Source: Plasmodiophora brassicae
Taxonomy: Eukaryota
DNA: 64,000 bases
Reading direction: 5' to 3'
Assembly (NCBI GenBank): GCA_036867785.1
Contig: CP145427.1
Coordinates: forward strand, 62,001-126,000
A program made the translations under genes and the position numbers. Position 1 is the first letter of the stretch; each line of letters begins with the position of its first letter. Below, piece by piece: positions 11,506-21,967 of this stretch. The notes beneath the pieces were generated by a model. It worked only from the letters and a program-made list of their open reading frames with translations. It was not told where the DNA came from and ran no database searches.

Positions 11506-11721
11506 ATGCAACATGGCGTACCTGGACGGCTGGAGGCGGTGACGCCATCCACGTCGCCGCAGACGAGCAAGCAGGGGCGGGAGTGGCTGAAGGCGCCGGA
11601 TGGCCAGCCGCGATCGTCGCGGCTGGGCGAGCAGTACCAGGCGTCCGTACCGCCGCTGCGCCCGTCATCGATCCAGTCATCACCGTCGGCGTCCCCGGCA
11701 ACCCGCAAGGCAGCCGTCTGA
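11506..11721 (+). CDS. Possible small protein with an ELM2-like motif
   Basis: 71-aa ATG ORF containing SRLGEQYQASVP, resembling the ELM2 start R-[VI]-G-x-x-[YF]-Q-A-x-[IV]-P. Otherwise low complexity. Confidence 0.3.
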   Translation: MQHGVPGRLEAVTPSTSPQTSKQGREWLKAPDGQPRSSRLGEQYQASVPPLRPSSIQSSPSASPATRKAAV

Positions 11722-11998
11722 CTCGGCCCCAGGTGTCGCAAGTAATTAACGTACCCATACTTAACGGCCACGGTCGTCTTCTCAGCGGATCAGGGCAGCT
11801 ATGTGACCCAAACGAGGACAGCGTTACCGCGGCGCACGTAAACGAGTTCTGCTCGAGTTTACTCGCTTCGAGTACGTACCAGAACCAGGGCACGGCGGTC
11901 TGTTCGCAACAGGACGGATGGGGCTTGTATTTAGTCAACTCGACAGCAACGCTTGGCAACAATCAACTACAGGCGGCAGCAGTATGGATGGCGGGTGC

Positions 11999-13135
11999 TC
12001 AGATGCCTGGGACGGCACAATACTTAAGGAAGATGTCGGATGAGGCCGCTTGCTCAATGCGCAGCAGCTTGTTGAGGTAGTACTCCAGAAGCACCCGCCT
12101 GTCGTGAACACGCCGGTCAACGCGAGCGAATACGAGTCGGTCGTCGGCCCACGTACCGGTGTTCAACGAAAACGGGGTCAGTGTGGTCGTGAAGCACGCG
12201 CGACTTCCGCGTCGGTGGCGCCAGCGGCAGTTTGCACAGCGCATCAGGGCACGTTCGCGCCAGCTCTGCACGAAGGTCCTTCATCATTGTAAGGAAATCC
12301 TGGCGACGCCGCACATCAGTGTGACGAGGGGGACAAGCGCAGACGCGCATCGAACCGTGAATCGCTTCAGGGACACCCAATGCGAATGCGAATGGCGAAG
12401 CTCGGTGTGCGGCGTCGCGCTGCAGTGAATCTGGTTGTCGCCATTAGAAACAACAGACCGTAAACGTCCGCCTGATGACGCGCGGTCACCTGCCTGGTAC
12501 AGAATGTGGTCGGACATCACCTTGGCCTGCGGGATGGAAATGTGGCGGATCTCCTGCAGGTCCGGGAACTCGTACGGTTCGTCGACGTCGAACAGCAGGT
12601 GCTTCATCGACCCGGTGTTGTCCCCTTCGATATCAACGGCGTCGGCGTCCCTGTCGGACCTGACAGACAGCAGAGCAGCGCATTGTCAGGCGCGGCGCGC
12701 GACGACAGTAGTCGAATGTCTTCGCACCCAATGAAGTTGAGGAACGTCGTGCACGTGGTAATGGGGCCGTCCGCGTTCAGCACCGATTTCAGGAAGTGCT
12801 CCAGCAGAATACGGCGCTCTTCGAGGAACTCATTGGATTGCCCGAGGATCCTGTCCATGGATGGCGCTGAGCGGAACGCTGCCACGGGTAACGCCGACGT
12901 CGTCCTACTTTGGGCGTTTCGGTGGCAGCGCGGGCAGCGGCACATCGGCGTACTGCGCCCTGAGCTCGCGGTCCAGGTTGACGAACTGCGTGAACCGCTT
13001 CGACACGAAGTAGGCGGGCCCGGCGACCGGGACGACGCGCACCGCGAACAACGTCGCCTTGTTCGCCCCGGACCCGGTCACGAACCTGGGCACACCAATG
13101 CGCTGCACGGCGCTCGGACCTTCGACGACGACCAT
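11999..13135 (-). CDS. Tandem PX (phox homology) domain protein, multi-exon
   Basis: PX1: VSKRFTQFVNLDRELR..LPALPPK..FLEERRILLEHFL. PX2: VSLKRF/DFLTMMKDL..LPLAPP..FVEHR/RVLLEYYLNKLL. Short introns link ORFs 12905, 12604, 12284, 12117 and 11999. Confidence 0.85.
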
Positions 13136-13582
13136 CCCGCCGGAACAATGACCCGCCCCCGCCGCAAATACGAATTGTGGGCTATTACTACTGGGGGCGT
13201 CCTCCAAAAGGGCGTCACGCTCGTCCCACTGGTGGACACTTTCGCGGCGTCCGCAGTCGCGAGGCGCGCACTGCCCCGCGCAGTCGGCGGGCGCGGGCGC
13301 CGCAAAACACGACGGCCGGCGGCGCCATTGTGCGCGTGCCCGCCGCCTCGTCTGGCAGTGCTCAGAATAGTACCACGGTGAACAGGCGGTGCTTCTGTAA
13401 TATAATGCGGGTCTGGTAGGGAAGATGGGTGCTGGAGCTATAGGTAGGACCGTTGCTGGGTGTGCAGGTTTCCCGCGGATCACACGGGCGTTAGGGTTGC
13501 GGTGGGTTATGACCTGACGACGCGGTACCGTGACGACGGCGCCGATGACAGGCGGCTGCAGGACATGGCCGTCGTCGACACT

Positions 13583-14845
13583 TTACGGGCTTGCTGTGGC
13601 GATACGGGCGCCTGCCCTGCAGACAGCGCTCGGCGTCGGAACGTGTAAGCGGTTAACGACAAACGCGGACGTACCGTCGTCCCGCTGGGCGCAGAGTAAC
13701 ACGGCCAAAGCGCTGCTCTGTCGGGACGGTACAGGATAGGAACCGGCACCGGGACAAGCGGCCGCCTTCGACGAGGGAGTGGTACGCGGCTTGCCATCGA
13801 GCAGGTGCGAGGCGATCGTTGGACACGCCGCGACGGAAGGCGACGCCACCGATCGGTCAGACCGGGCAGCGGAACCGGATGACGTCGCTGAGTGATCGTC
13901 CAGCTGGTCGCCTGTTAGATCAACCACATCGATGCCAGCGCGCGTCGCCGCTCTCGAGCGCTTTGCACATGATGGACGGGTGGAGACGTTCGACGACGAC
14001 GGCCGGCATTGCAGGTCCATCAGCACCTTGGCGAGGTACACCTCGAACCTGGCGGACAGCATGACCGCCTGCCGGGACAGGGCACTGTCGCTGTCGTTGA
14101 AGGCGGCGCAGTTCCTCCAGATCTGGCGAACCTCGTTGGCGAAATCGACGACGCGCGGGTACGCGCCGAGGTCCAGCTTGTTCTCGATAACGGCCAGGGC
14201 GATCGGCTCGTCGATGACCTCGTAGTAGTCCGGGCACGAGTCCGGGTCGACGTAGTACAGGAACGGTGCCAGCTCGTCGGTATAGTTGCATTTCAGTCGA
14301 AACAGGAGAAACTGCAGGCGCGTGCAGGCGTAGTCGTCGACGGGAACGTTCTCGATCGGGTCGTAGTACGTGCCTTCAGGCGCCGGGATCAGGCGGAACC
14401 CGACGTCGGGCGGCGGCTTGCGGAAGGTTTTCGAGAAGGCGCGCGTGAACCGCCCGCGTAGGTCTCTCGCGGCACCGTACACGGGCGAGCGCGACGTCGA
14501 CGGACCATTGAACAGCAACGCGTTGTTGAAACAGCGCATGACGTCACGCGCGACATCGTCCAGCGACGGATACCGGTTCGCGCGGAGGCGATCCTGTAGC
14601 AGGGTCGGCCCGTCAGGCGCAGCCATACATGTCGACGTCGCCGGCCGCACCTCAATGGTTCCCAGGTCGACCGGTCGTCGGATGACGTACGGGTAGACCG
14701 CAACGCCGAGCTTGACGGGGTCGACGGGCTCGTGGAAGTACGCGTACCCTGGCAGCGTCGTCAGGCCCTGCAGCACGCCCGCTATCGCCGACCGCCAGTC
14801 GCCCTTGTCGCACGGCGACGCCGCCGCCGCCGACTTCGACAGCAT
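13583..14845 (-). CDS. Double bromodomain protein
   Basis: BD1: YFHEPVDPVKLGVAVYPYVIRRPVDLGTI..CFNNALLFN. BD2: APFLYYVDPDSCPDYYEVIDEPIAL..IWRNCAAFN. Probable in-frame intron near 14600-14650. The 3' end is uncertain. Confidence 0.85.
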   Translation of the reverse strand: MLSKSAAAASPCDKGDWRSAIAGVLQGLTTLPGYAYFHEPVDPVKLGVAVYPYVIRRPVDLGTIEVRPATSTCMAAPDGPTLLQDRLRANRYPSLDDVARDVMRCFNNALLFNGPSTSRSPVYGAARDLRGRFTRAFSKTFRKPPPDVGFRLIPAPEGTYYDPIENVPVDDYACTRLQFLLFRLKCNYTDELAPFLYYVDPDSCPDYYEVIDEPIALAVIENKLDLGAYPRVVDFANEVRQIWRNCAAFNDSDSALSRQAVMLSARFEVYLAKVLMDLQCRPSSSNVSTRPSCAKRSRAATRAGIDVVDLTGDQLDDHSATSSGSAARSDRSVASPSVAACPTIASHLLDGKPRTTPSSKAAACPGAGSYPVPSRQSSALAVLLCAQRDDGTSAFVVNRLHVPTPSAVCRAGARIATASP

Positions 14846-15040
14846 CCGCCCCTGGCGCCTCCCACCCGGTCCCCGAAGAATCTACAAATGACTATTCTCC
14901 TTCGGGAAGGCGCCATGCCCGGTGTCCCTACACGCGCCAAAACGGGGCCCCCGCCCGCCCCCCCGCGCCACCACACCCGCAACGAAGAGGCCCAGAGTCG
15001 GCAACTGCAGCGTGCGCACTGCCGGCCGCTGCAGCTGCAG

Positions 15041-15177
15041 CGGTCGGCGTTACTGTTACAGTGCCCATCGGTTGGCGTTACTGTTACAGTGTCCATCGGT
15101 TGGCGTTACTGTTACTGTGCCCATCGGTTGGCGTTACTGTTACAGTGCCCATCGGTTGGCGTTAACTGTTACAGTGT
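15041..15177. repeat. Tandem repeat, 28-bp unit x ~5, with an internal palindrome
   Basis: CCATCGGTTGGCGTTACTGTTACAGTGC at 15065, 15093, 15121 and 15149, plus a partial copy at 15041. Most units contain ACTGT-T-ACAGT. Confidence 0.95.
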
Positions 15178-15209
15178 CGACGCGCTGTTTAATTTCTCGG
15201 CTGCAACGA

Positions 15210-15212
15210 CAG

Positions 15213-15246
<34 letters not shown>
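15210..15246. repeat. (CAG)n microsatellite
   Basis: About 12 CAG/CAA triplets just downstream of the stop of the 15277-15864 gene. Confidence 0.9.
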
Positions 15247-15276
15247 GTACAGGTTTGTCTCGGCGTACGAAGACGT

Positions 15277-15864
15277 CTATCGGGCGAGCAGGGCCGATTT
15301 CCTCTGCTGGGCGGCCTCGTTGCTGTTGTCGAAGACGTTGACGCTGGAGGTCCCGGATTGAAGGGAGGACGATGAGGCGCGCGTGGCCGACCCGACCGCA
15401 TCCTGCGACTTCTTGATGGTGTTCAGGCTGTTCATAAGGGCGTCGCCGTTTGCGCCCAGCCCGGTCATGGTGTTGTCCATCCCCGACGTCAGTTTCAGCA
15501 CCTCGCTCATCGACGTGCCCTGCTCGTTCGCGTCACCGACTACGAACGCGTTCGATGCATGGCTGCCCGAGGTCTTCCCAAGGCCGTATCCTTTCTGGGA
15601 TACACCTGCACTGTTCGGCGCGCCAACGGTCGCCGCCGTCCCCTGCCCCGCATTGACGAACCCTCGGTCGAACCCGTTCAGCAGGCTTCTGCTGGCCTGC
15701 TGACGTGCGGCCGTATTCGTCAGCGTCGAGGATCCGGAACGCCCCAGTTCGTTGGTCGTTCTCGTTAGCGACCCGAATGCACCGCCGGTTGGGAACGCAA
15801 GCAGATCTGCGTTCGACAGTGCCATCGCCAGCGACAGGGCGACGAGAGGTACCCGGAACGTCAT
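15277..15864 (-). CDS. Small secreted G/S/N/T-rich protein, Cys-free; function unknown
   Basis: Intronless 195-aa ORF with signal peptide MTFRVPLVALSLAMALSNA and a low-complexity mature region. Confidence 0.75.
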   Translation of the reverse strand: MTFRVPLVALSLAMALSNADLLAFPTGGAFGSLTRTTNELGRSGSSTLTNTAARQQASRSLLNGFDRGFVNAGQGTAATVGAPNSAGVSQKGYGLGKTSGSHASNAFVVGDANEQGTSMSEVLKLTSGMDNTMTGLGANGDALMNSLNTIKKSQDAVGSATRASSSSLQSGTSSVNVFDNSNEAAQQRKSALLAR

Positions 15865-15938
15865 TTTCGGACTGCACGACAGGAATAGATTCGGAGGTGG
15901 ACGCCCCGACGACCGATCCGCGGTGTTCTGCCATTCGT

Positions 15939-17598
15939 TTAGAGTTGGGTGGGTATTTCTAGCACGTGCATGTGGTGCAGGTCGCCCATTAGGATCGACA
16001 GCTCGTTCTGGCCAATGAGGAAGTCGTTCCAGAGCTTCTGGCCCGACGTCGTCGCCTTGAACCGCGGCAGGGAATCCTTGCTCATCAGCTCAACGACCTC
16101 ATGCAGCGCTGCGTCGAAAATGGTACCGTCGGCCAGGATATTGGCCGCCAGGATCATGGCATGTTCACGTTTCGCGGCGCATTTGCCGACGGACGGGCAT
16201 CGCTCGTCGATCGCCATGTCCACCGGATACTCCTCCATTCCGTCGACGAATGCAAACCGCTCGCGCAACCGATCTGATACGTCGAACGGCAAGTTCACCT
16301 GCTCAGTGCGTCTGTTACGATGGGACGTAGGCAGAGGAACAGTGCGTCGGGCCGGTACCTGGCATGGGGAGCCGTCCCGAATGAACGTCCGATAGATCCG
16401 GACGGCCTCATAGCAGACATCGAGGAATGGCAAGTGGACCGACGCCGGCCGGCTGTCGATATCTGCACTAAACGACATGCAGGACGACTTGTCGTTTGGA
16501 GCGTCGTCTTCGCGGAGACGCTGGCAGTGGCATTGAATCTCGCGAGCGCTCCTCCAGAACAGCAGGTTCTCCACTGAAAATTCCCTCCTGACGGGCAGCG
16601 CGCGCTTTGATCAACGATTAGCAATATGAGGGGGGAGCATTAATGTCTTACTGCAGGTGCTGGAGGAATGCGGTGAAGTTGCGCTGGTCGGCGAGGAACG
16701 CTTCCAAGGTGGCGGCCGGCCGCTCCGGTAGGTACGCGTGTGCCGTTGCAGAGTACAGCGGGACGCCCACGCCGATCAGGAACACGAGATGGTAGCCGAG
16801 GAGGGCCAGCGTGGTCCGCAGGCCGAATCGCCAGTCGACGACGGCGTAAGCCTCAGGCAGCGTTGTGAGGACGACGGTGCCGAGCAGAGTAACGGCGTGT
16901 ATGATAGCGATGCGGCGTAGGTTGCGTTTGATGCCGATGGCGTCTTGTGATATGCGCAGGCGGAACAACAAGGCGAGGAACAAGGTGAGCGACAGCCCCA
17001 TTTCGGTGATCTTGACGTAGGCCAGGCCTCTGCACTCCATGATCCAGCGCATGCGGTGGCAGTCGAGCGCCGTTACCGCCCCGACAGACCGTTGTCGAAT
17101 GAAAACGAGCGGTATGACGACGACCAACAGGTTCGCGATGATGAAGAGGGATGCGGCCCAGCGGGAAACGATACGACGGTCGAACGCGATGACGTCGAAC
17201 GATGGGACCAGGTCGAGCTTATCATGGCTGGACCTTGTCATCAACGACGTCAGGCGGCGATGCTGTTCGCGGACAATGTCCACCTGGCTTCTCGTCGCAG
17301 TGAATTTGGCATGGAGGACGACTAGCTGCCAAATGTACGCGTCGATGGCGATGGACGACACCAGGGCGAGCGGGGTACCCGTAATGAACACGTCCGAGTC
17401 CGGGGCCAACTCGGACGCGATACTCATCCAGCACCCGACCACCGCCGCCGACCCACCCGTCACAATCACCGCCGGGTCCCACGCCCGAATCGGGAACACA
17501 TCCCGCTTCCCCCAGTATTTCACCAGGCACACCGGCATGTACATCGTCGCGAACAGGTGCGCTACGTAATACCAGCGCGCTGCCGACGTCACCTCCAT
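15939..17598 (-). CDS. 7TM-RGS protein (membrane-anchored regulator of G-protein signalling)
   Basis: About 7 TM helices in ORF 16648-17598. Intron 16588-16651 joins FLQHLQ to REFSVENLLFWR. Further RGS motifs are IYRTFI..SPCQ/VNLP and IFDAALHEVVELMSKDSLPRF. Confidence 0.9.
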
Positions 17599-17896
17599 CG
17601 GCCCGCGCCGACGGCGTCGTTCCCGCTGGTCCTATTCGTACTGATTATCGTCCCCTGGCCATATGGGACTGGGTGCCGTGCCGACGCCCGATCCCGGGTG
17701 TGTACCGGGCACTTCGCCAGGTGTCTGTCCCCCGGTCTCAGGCTGTATACCAACCAGCAACGGCGACGCCCATTAGGGGGTTGCATTCGCTGCTTCCGCT
17801 ACGGGTAAGTCGGTCGTGTGGTTCTGCGCCGCGCATTGCGTAGTGGGGAAGAGCGTGCTACTGTTCAGGGCGCAGGTATATAGCACCTCATCAAGA

Positions 17897-18709
17897 ATGT
17901 GGAGCGCGGTGGTGGTGATCGCCAACGTCCTGCTGGTGACGGGCACGGCCGCTGATGGACGTGTGCCGCGTCGATGGCGCGTTGTGGCGGAGGACCTGGT
18001 CCACCCGCCGTACTGGGATGTGCGGCATCTGGAGTTCCTGTCCGGCACGGGCGACACGTTGCCAGTGACCTCCGTGTTCAGTTCGGGGGTCCCCGATAAC
18101 TCAGACGGGTGGTTTGATAGCGCGCCGGTGTGCGACGTGAACCCGCGCCAGGACTGGACCTGCTGGGGTGGGCGCCCGGATTCCCAAGGCACGTACTGGA
18201 TTGGCGCCGAGCTGCCTGCCGATGCTCCCGACGTTAGTGCTGTACGACTGGTGCACATGTACACGTACCATTTCGCTCGCGCGCTTCGCCTTGAGTACGC
18301 GAACCCCACCGGGTCCTGGATCGTGGCTGGCAAGTACGTCATACTGGACCCGACGCCCGATGCCATGGATGTGCTGCTTAAAGTCGACAACGACCACAAG
18401 ACACCGAGCGAGGCCAGCGCTGATATTGCACCAGAAACCGGGCCTGGTTCTGACGATACCTCCATGGGTGCTGGTCGTCATCTTCCGCCTAACAATCGTA
18501 TCGGCGACATCGTCCGCCAAATCAGTTTCGTATCAGAAACCCAGCCTCTACTGCCGCAACCAGCGGTGGCCCGTTCCACGAACCATTCGAGGCTGACGGA
18601 CGTGATCTGCCGTCGACCCCACCCAGCCGTCGCTGTGGCCGGGACCCTCATAACCGTCGCCATCCTGTCGATGGCATGCCGTACCGTGTTTGACCGCCTG
18701 TTTTCGTGA
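17897..18709 (+). CDS. Type I membrane protein with a putative beta-sandwich (discoidin/galactose-binding-like) ectodomain
   Basis: Signal peptide MWSAVVVIANVLLVTGTAA. Trp-rich ectodomain (WDVRHLEF, WGGRPD..YWIGAEL..VRL..LEY). C-terminal hydrophobic AVAVAGTLITVAILSMAC. The fold assignment is tentative. Confidence 0.65.
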   Translation: MWSAVVVIANVLLVTGTAADGRVPRRWRVVAEDLVHPPYWDVRHLEFLSGTGDTLPVTSVFSSGVPDNSDGWFDSAPVCDVNPRQDWTCWGGRPDSQGTYWIGAELPADAPDVSAVRLVHMYTYHFARALRLEYANPTGSWIVAGKYVILDPTPDAMDVLLKVDNDHKTPSEASADIAPETGPGSDDTSMGAGRHLPPNNRIGDIVRQISFVSETQPLLPQPAVARSTNHSRLTDVICRRPHPAVAVAGTLITVAILSMACRTVFDRLFS

Positions 18710-18877
18710 CCGCCGTAACATGACCTAGACTACCTCCCTGTGAATACACACGGGGCAACCTTCGTTCAGACAGCGACACAGTAGCACCGTTGCAGTCATC
18801 CTCTGCTGGTCTCTAACTGTTTACCTCGGAATTGCGATCGCGTCAGGGTACACTAACGTTTAGCGCAGATCGCAAAC

Positions 18878-20956
18878 ATGGGTATAAGGAGTGCCGTTCA
18901 ACAGCAAGTTCAACGGCGATGGTAATGCGCGGAAACGTGGACGTCGGCTCATGTGTGGTAACTGGGAGAGCAGGCACGGGAGCGTGTCCATGTTCTGGAT
19001 CGAGAAATGGCTATGCCTGCATCGATTTCTGCAGATCCAGGCACTGATCATCGTTGCCTCCCAGCCATGGCTATGGCCACCGCAGTACGAAGCCGACTTT
19101 CGCCACGACCCCAGCGCTGACTCTGTACGGGCATCACCCTTAGATGGTACACGAACATGGGATTCGCGTTGCTATTCAACGGCGACGTTGTCACCTTCTT
19201 CAAGGTGACATTTGGCGTCGTCATGCCCGGCGCTGCGATATACGCCACGCTGATGGCGAACCTGCCCTTAATCCAAGGCGCCGTTGTCGCCTGCTTCCAC
19301 TACAAAGTCCACTGCAACGGCGACGTGTATTTCCTATCACGGCACGACGTCGACCGGATCGCAATGAACATCGCCAGTGCCGGTACCATCCCGGTCCTCC
19401 TCAACGCAGCGTTTGTCATCGGCTGCAAGGAGTCCAGGTATCCCACTTAGTGTCACACAGGATGTCGCTTGGCTGACAGGTGCGATAGGCTGGCAATTGA
19501 TCACTCGTTTCAGTGTGGAACGCCACTACACGTAAGTATAGTGGTGTTAACGTGCGTGTCAGCATTGCTGGCAATCGCAGCGCTTCCTATATATATGGGG
19601 CGGATCCTACACCGAAGCGTGGTCTATTACGATTCGGCCAGCCATGAGCGATATCTGCGATCACGGGAAGTGGAATACCTCCTGGGCGTCACCGACCTCT
19701 ACAGGGCCGAACACTTCCAGTGGACCGCCAGTTTTACGCGGCGATGGTCGTACTATGGGGTAGGAATACATACGAATCCCCACTGGAGAGCTCGTGCCGG
19801 CTAACGCTCCGTGTATCGTAGATCGTGGAACACGTCCAAAGCGTGCTCCTGGTGGGGACGATGACGATCCTGGGCCCAACCGGCATCAACTGGCCCATGT
19901 CTGAAGCGAACATGTTGACAGCGTGGATCCTGATCCCCGTCGTGGCCCGTGTCGTATCCAACCAATACCGATGCGCGTCGTCGAACGTCGCCGCGCGTAT
20001 CCTCGACTGGTAGGGCAGGCGTCAGCTGCGCGACTGCTACATTGGCCGGCACTGACCTTCCTTCGTACAGTGCATGGATCATCGACTGCCTCATCATCGT
20101 ATCGACCGCGTCCAGGTCGCGTAACTCACTCCTGGTCCCGGCGACGTTGAACCGCATCCTCGTGCGATATAACGGTGTCGTCGTCGCGTGTTACTTCGCG
20201 TACATGGCGTATCTGTTCTGGGAGCAGAAACGCGTGCGAAGGTACGCGACGCCGGCGACCACACCGCAGTGGCCGACGACGCAAGACGACATCAAAGCGA
20301 TATCGGCGGAGCACCCAGATTGGGTTGCTGCTCTGCAGGTTGCAACGCGTCTCCTGCGCCAATGTGAGGCCATGCCTGAACCGTTCCTGAACGCTGGCAC
20401 GATCGAGGAGATGACGCGTACGCTGGACAAGTTCAGAAGACAGGCACACGACTGCGGGCACGTCCTGGAATGGACCCTGTACGACCATACCGAGAACGTC
20501 GCCGCCTACGCAGAGATAGCCAAGCGCCGCTCGATCTTGACGAATTCAGTGCTGATCAGGCAGGTTGATGGTCTCGGGGACGCCATGAAGCGTAAATCGC
20601 AGGAGCGGCTGCTGATGACGAGGGTCAAAGTCGATCTTCTGCAGAAATTGCTCGTCCTTCGTATGATCGTCTCGGACCAGTACGCGCATGGCGATCGAGC
20701 CGAGTCCGACGACGAAGGCGAAGCAACACTGTTCGAAGAGCAAGACCAGCTTCTTGATGACATGTTCAACTTCGAAGGATCCCATGTCACTATAGACGAG
20801 GATGACGATGACCGTATTGACAACGAACGCGACCGGCTCATCGTCACTGTGGACCCAACGTCCAAACTGTCCTCGTCCTTGGCCGCCCCGGGTCGCAGCG
20901 CCCTCCACACCAGCACCGCTGGCGAACCTGGCGAAGACCTTTCCGTCATGCGCTGA
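18878..20956 (+). CDS. Multi-pass membrane protein of unknown function, multi-exon, acidic C-terminal tail
   Basis: Successive hydrophobic plus-strand ORFs (18891, 19157, 19469, 19825, 19949) separated by short GT-AG introns. The start is uncertain. Confidence 0.55.
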
Positions 20957-21459
20957 ACGTTGGGCGCCGAAGTGCTGCCCGACTGCGTCAAATGAAGAAT
21001 TCGGGGTGCCCTCCCCAGCCGTTGATGTTGTTGGCCGGAACAGGAAGAACGGGATGGTGCTGGAAAAATCGCTGCTATAGTGGCCAAGGGCACGGAAGGC
21101 TGGACACTACGCAGATATCGGCTCCTGGTGACCGGCGACAAGCTTTCGTCAGTGTCGGTCTGGCCTGCACCGAAGCTCGCGTGCGCGCGCTTTTTGCTGC
21201 GGAACGGTCACCTCGGCAGCTCGCGCGACAGAGTCAGACAGCGCGCGAACGAGGCCGAAGTCGGGGGGTGGGCGTGCGTCCCCAGAAAAAAACGGAACCA
21301 AAACACGGCGGGATTTTTGCATCCCCTGGCTGTGCAGCACTGCTGGAAGGGGATGCCCCCCCGTGTCGCTCGAAGGGCAGCAGGAGGCGGAGAATTTCAG
21401 GGGCTGCGTTTTTGTCGGATTCGTCGGGGTTTGGGGGGAGTGCGACGCGGGGGACGACG

Positions 21460-21843
21460 ATGCTGTCGGTGGTGATGCGTCGCGTGGCGTGCGCGTCGCG
21501 CCGCCCATGGTCGGGGGCGTTCGCCGGGATGAAGACGAGCGCGATCCCGATTGCGGAGGAGACGTCCGAGCAGTACGACGAGTACGAGGCCAGCTGGCGT
21601 GTCAAGTGGTCCGTCGTCTGTCGAGGCCGCCCCGCGCTCGCAGGTCCTGACACGTTTGTTGTTCCCAGTTATAACCCTGCGGATTACGGGAAGGACGACG
21701 TGATCCCGGCGACGATGCATGGCACGCTGGAGTGGCTGATATCATCGCCGCCGGAAATGCACCTGTTCGAGGAGACGCCGATCATCTACGAGGCGACCGG
21801 CGGGCCGAGCAGCCCGCCGATCGCGTACGAGCCCGGCAAATGA
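21460..21843 (+). CDS. cox1-c: Nucleus-encoded C-terminal fragment of cytochrome c oxidase subunit 1 (Cox1-c) with mitochondrial presequence
   Basis: Presequence-like MLSVVMRRVACASRRPWSGAFAG. C-terminal TLEWLISSPPEMHLFEETPII matches the Cox1 tail motif TLEWxxxSPPxxHxFxxxP. Probable in-frame intron ~21606/21609-21668 (CTGAC branch, CAG acceptor). Confidence 0.8.
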   Translation: MLSVVMRRVACASRRPWSGAFAGMKTSAIPIAEETSEQYDEYEASWRVKWSVVCRGRPALAGPDTFVVPSYNPADYGKDDVIPATMHGTLEWLISSPPEMHLFEETPIIYEATGGPSSPPIAYEPGK

Positions 21844-21967
21844 TCGCCGTGACACAATATACGCCTTGTCGCATGCCCGCGGGTCATCGCCCATCATCGG
21901 TCCCTGCGTACGTTCCGGGCGGCCGCTGCTGGGATACCGGTAGTCGGTATTATTTGCACAGCTCGGC

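Noticed and set aside
11358-12080. 240-aa plus-strand ORF
   Set aside because: It has a non-ATG start and no domain, and it overlaps the last PX exon in antisense. Probably a GC-rich chance ORF.
15041-15177. 28-bp palindromic repeats as a CRISPR array
   Set aside because: The length and dyad are CRISPR-like, but the copies are head-to-tail with no spacers.
14922-15341. Poly-Q / poly-A ORFs across the CAG tract
   Set aside because: These are translations of the tandem repeat and microsatellite with no ATG start, and they overlap the antisense end of a better-supported gene.
21311-21366. GATTTTTG plus hairpin as a spliceosomal snRNA (Sm site)
   Set aside because: No U1/U2/U4/U5 conserved 5' sequences were found upstream. 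Kept only as a low-interest hairpin.
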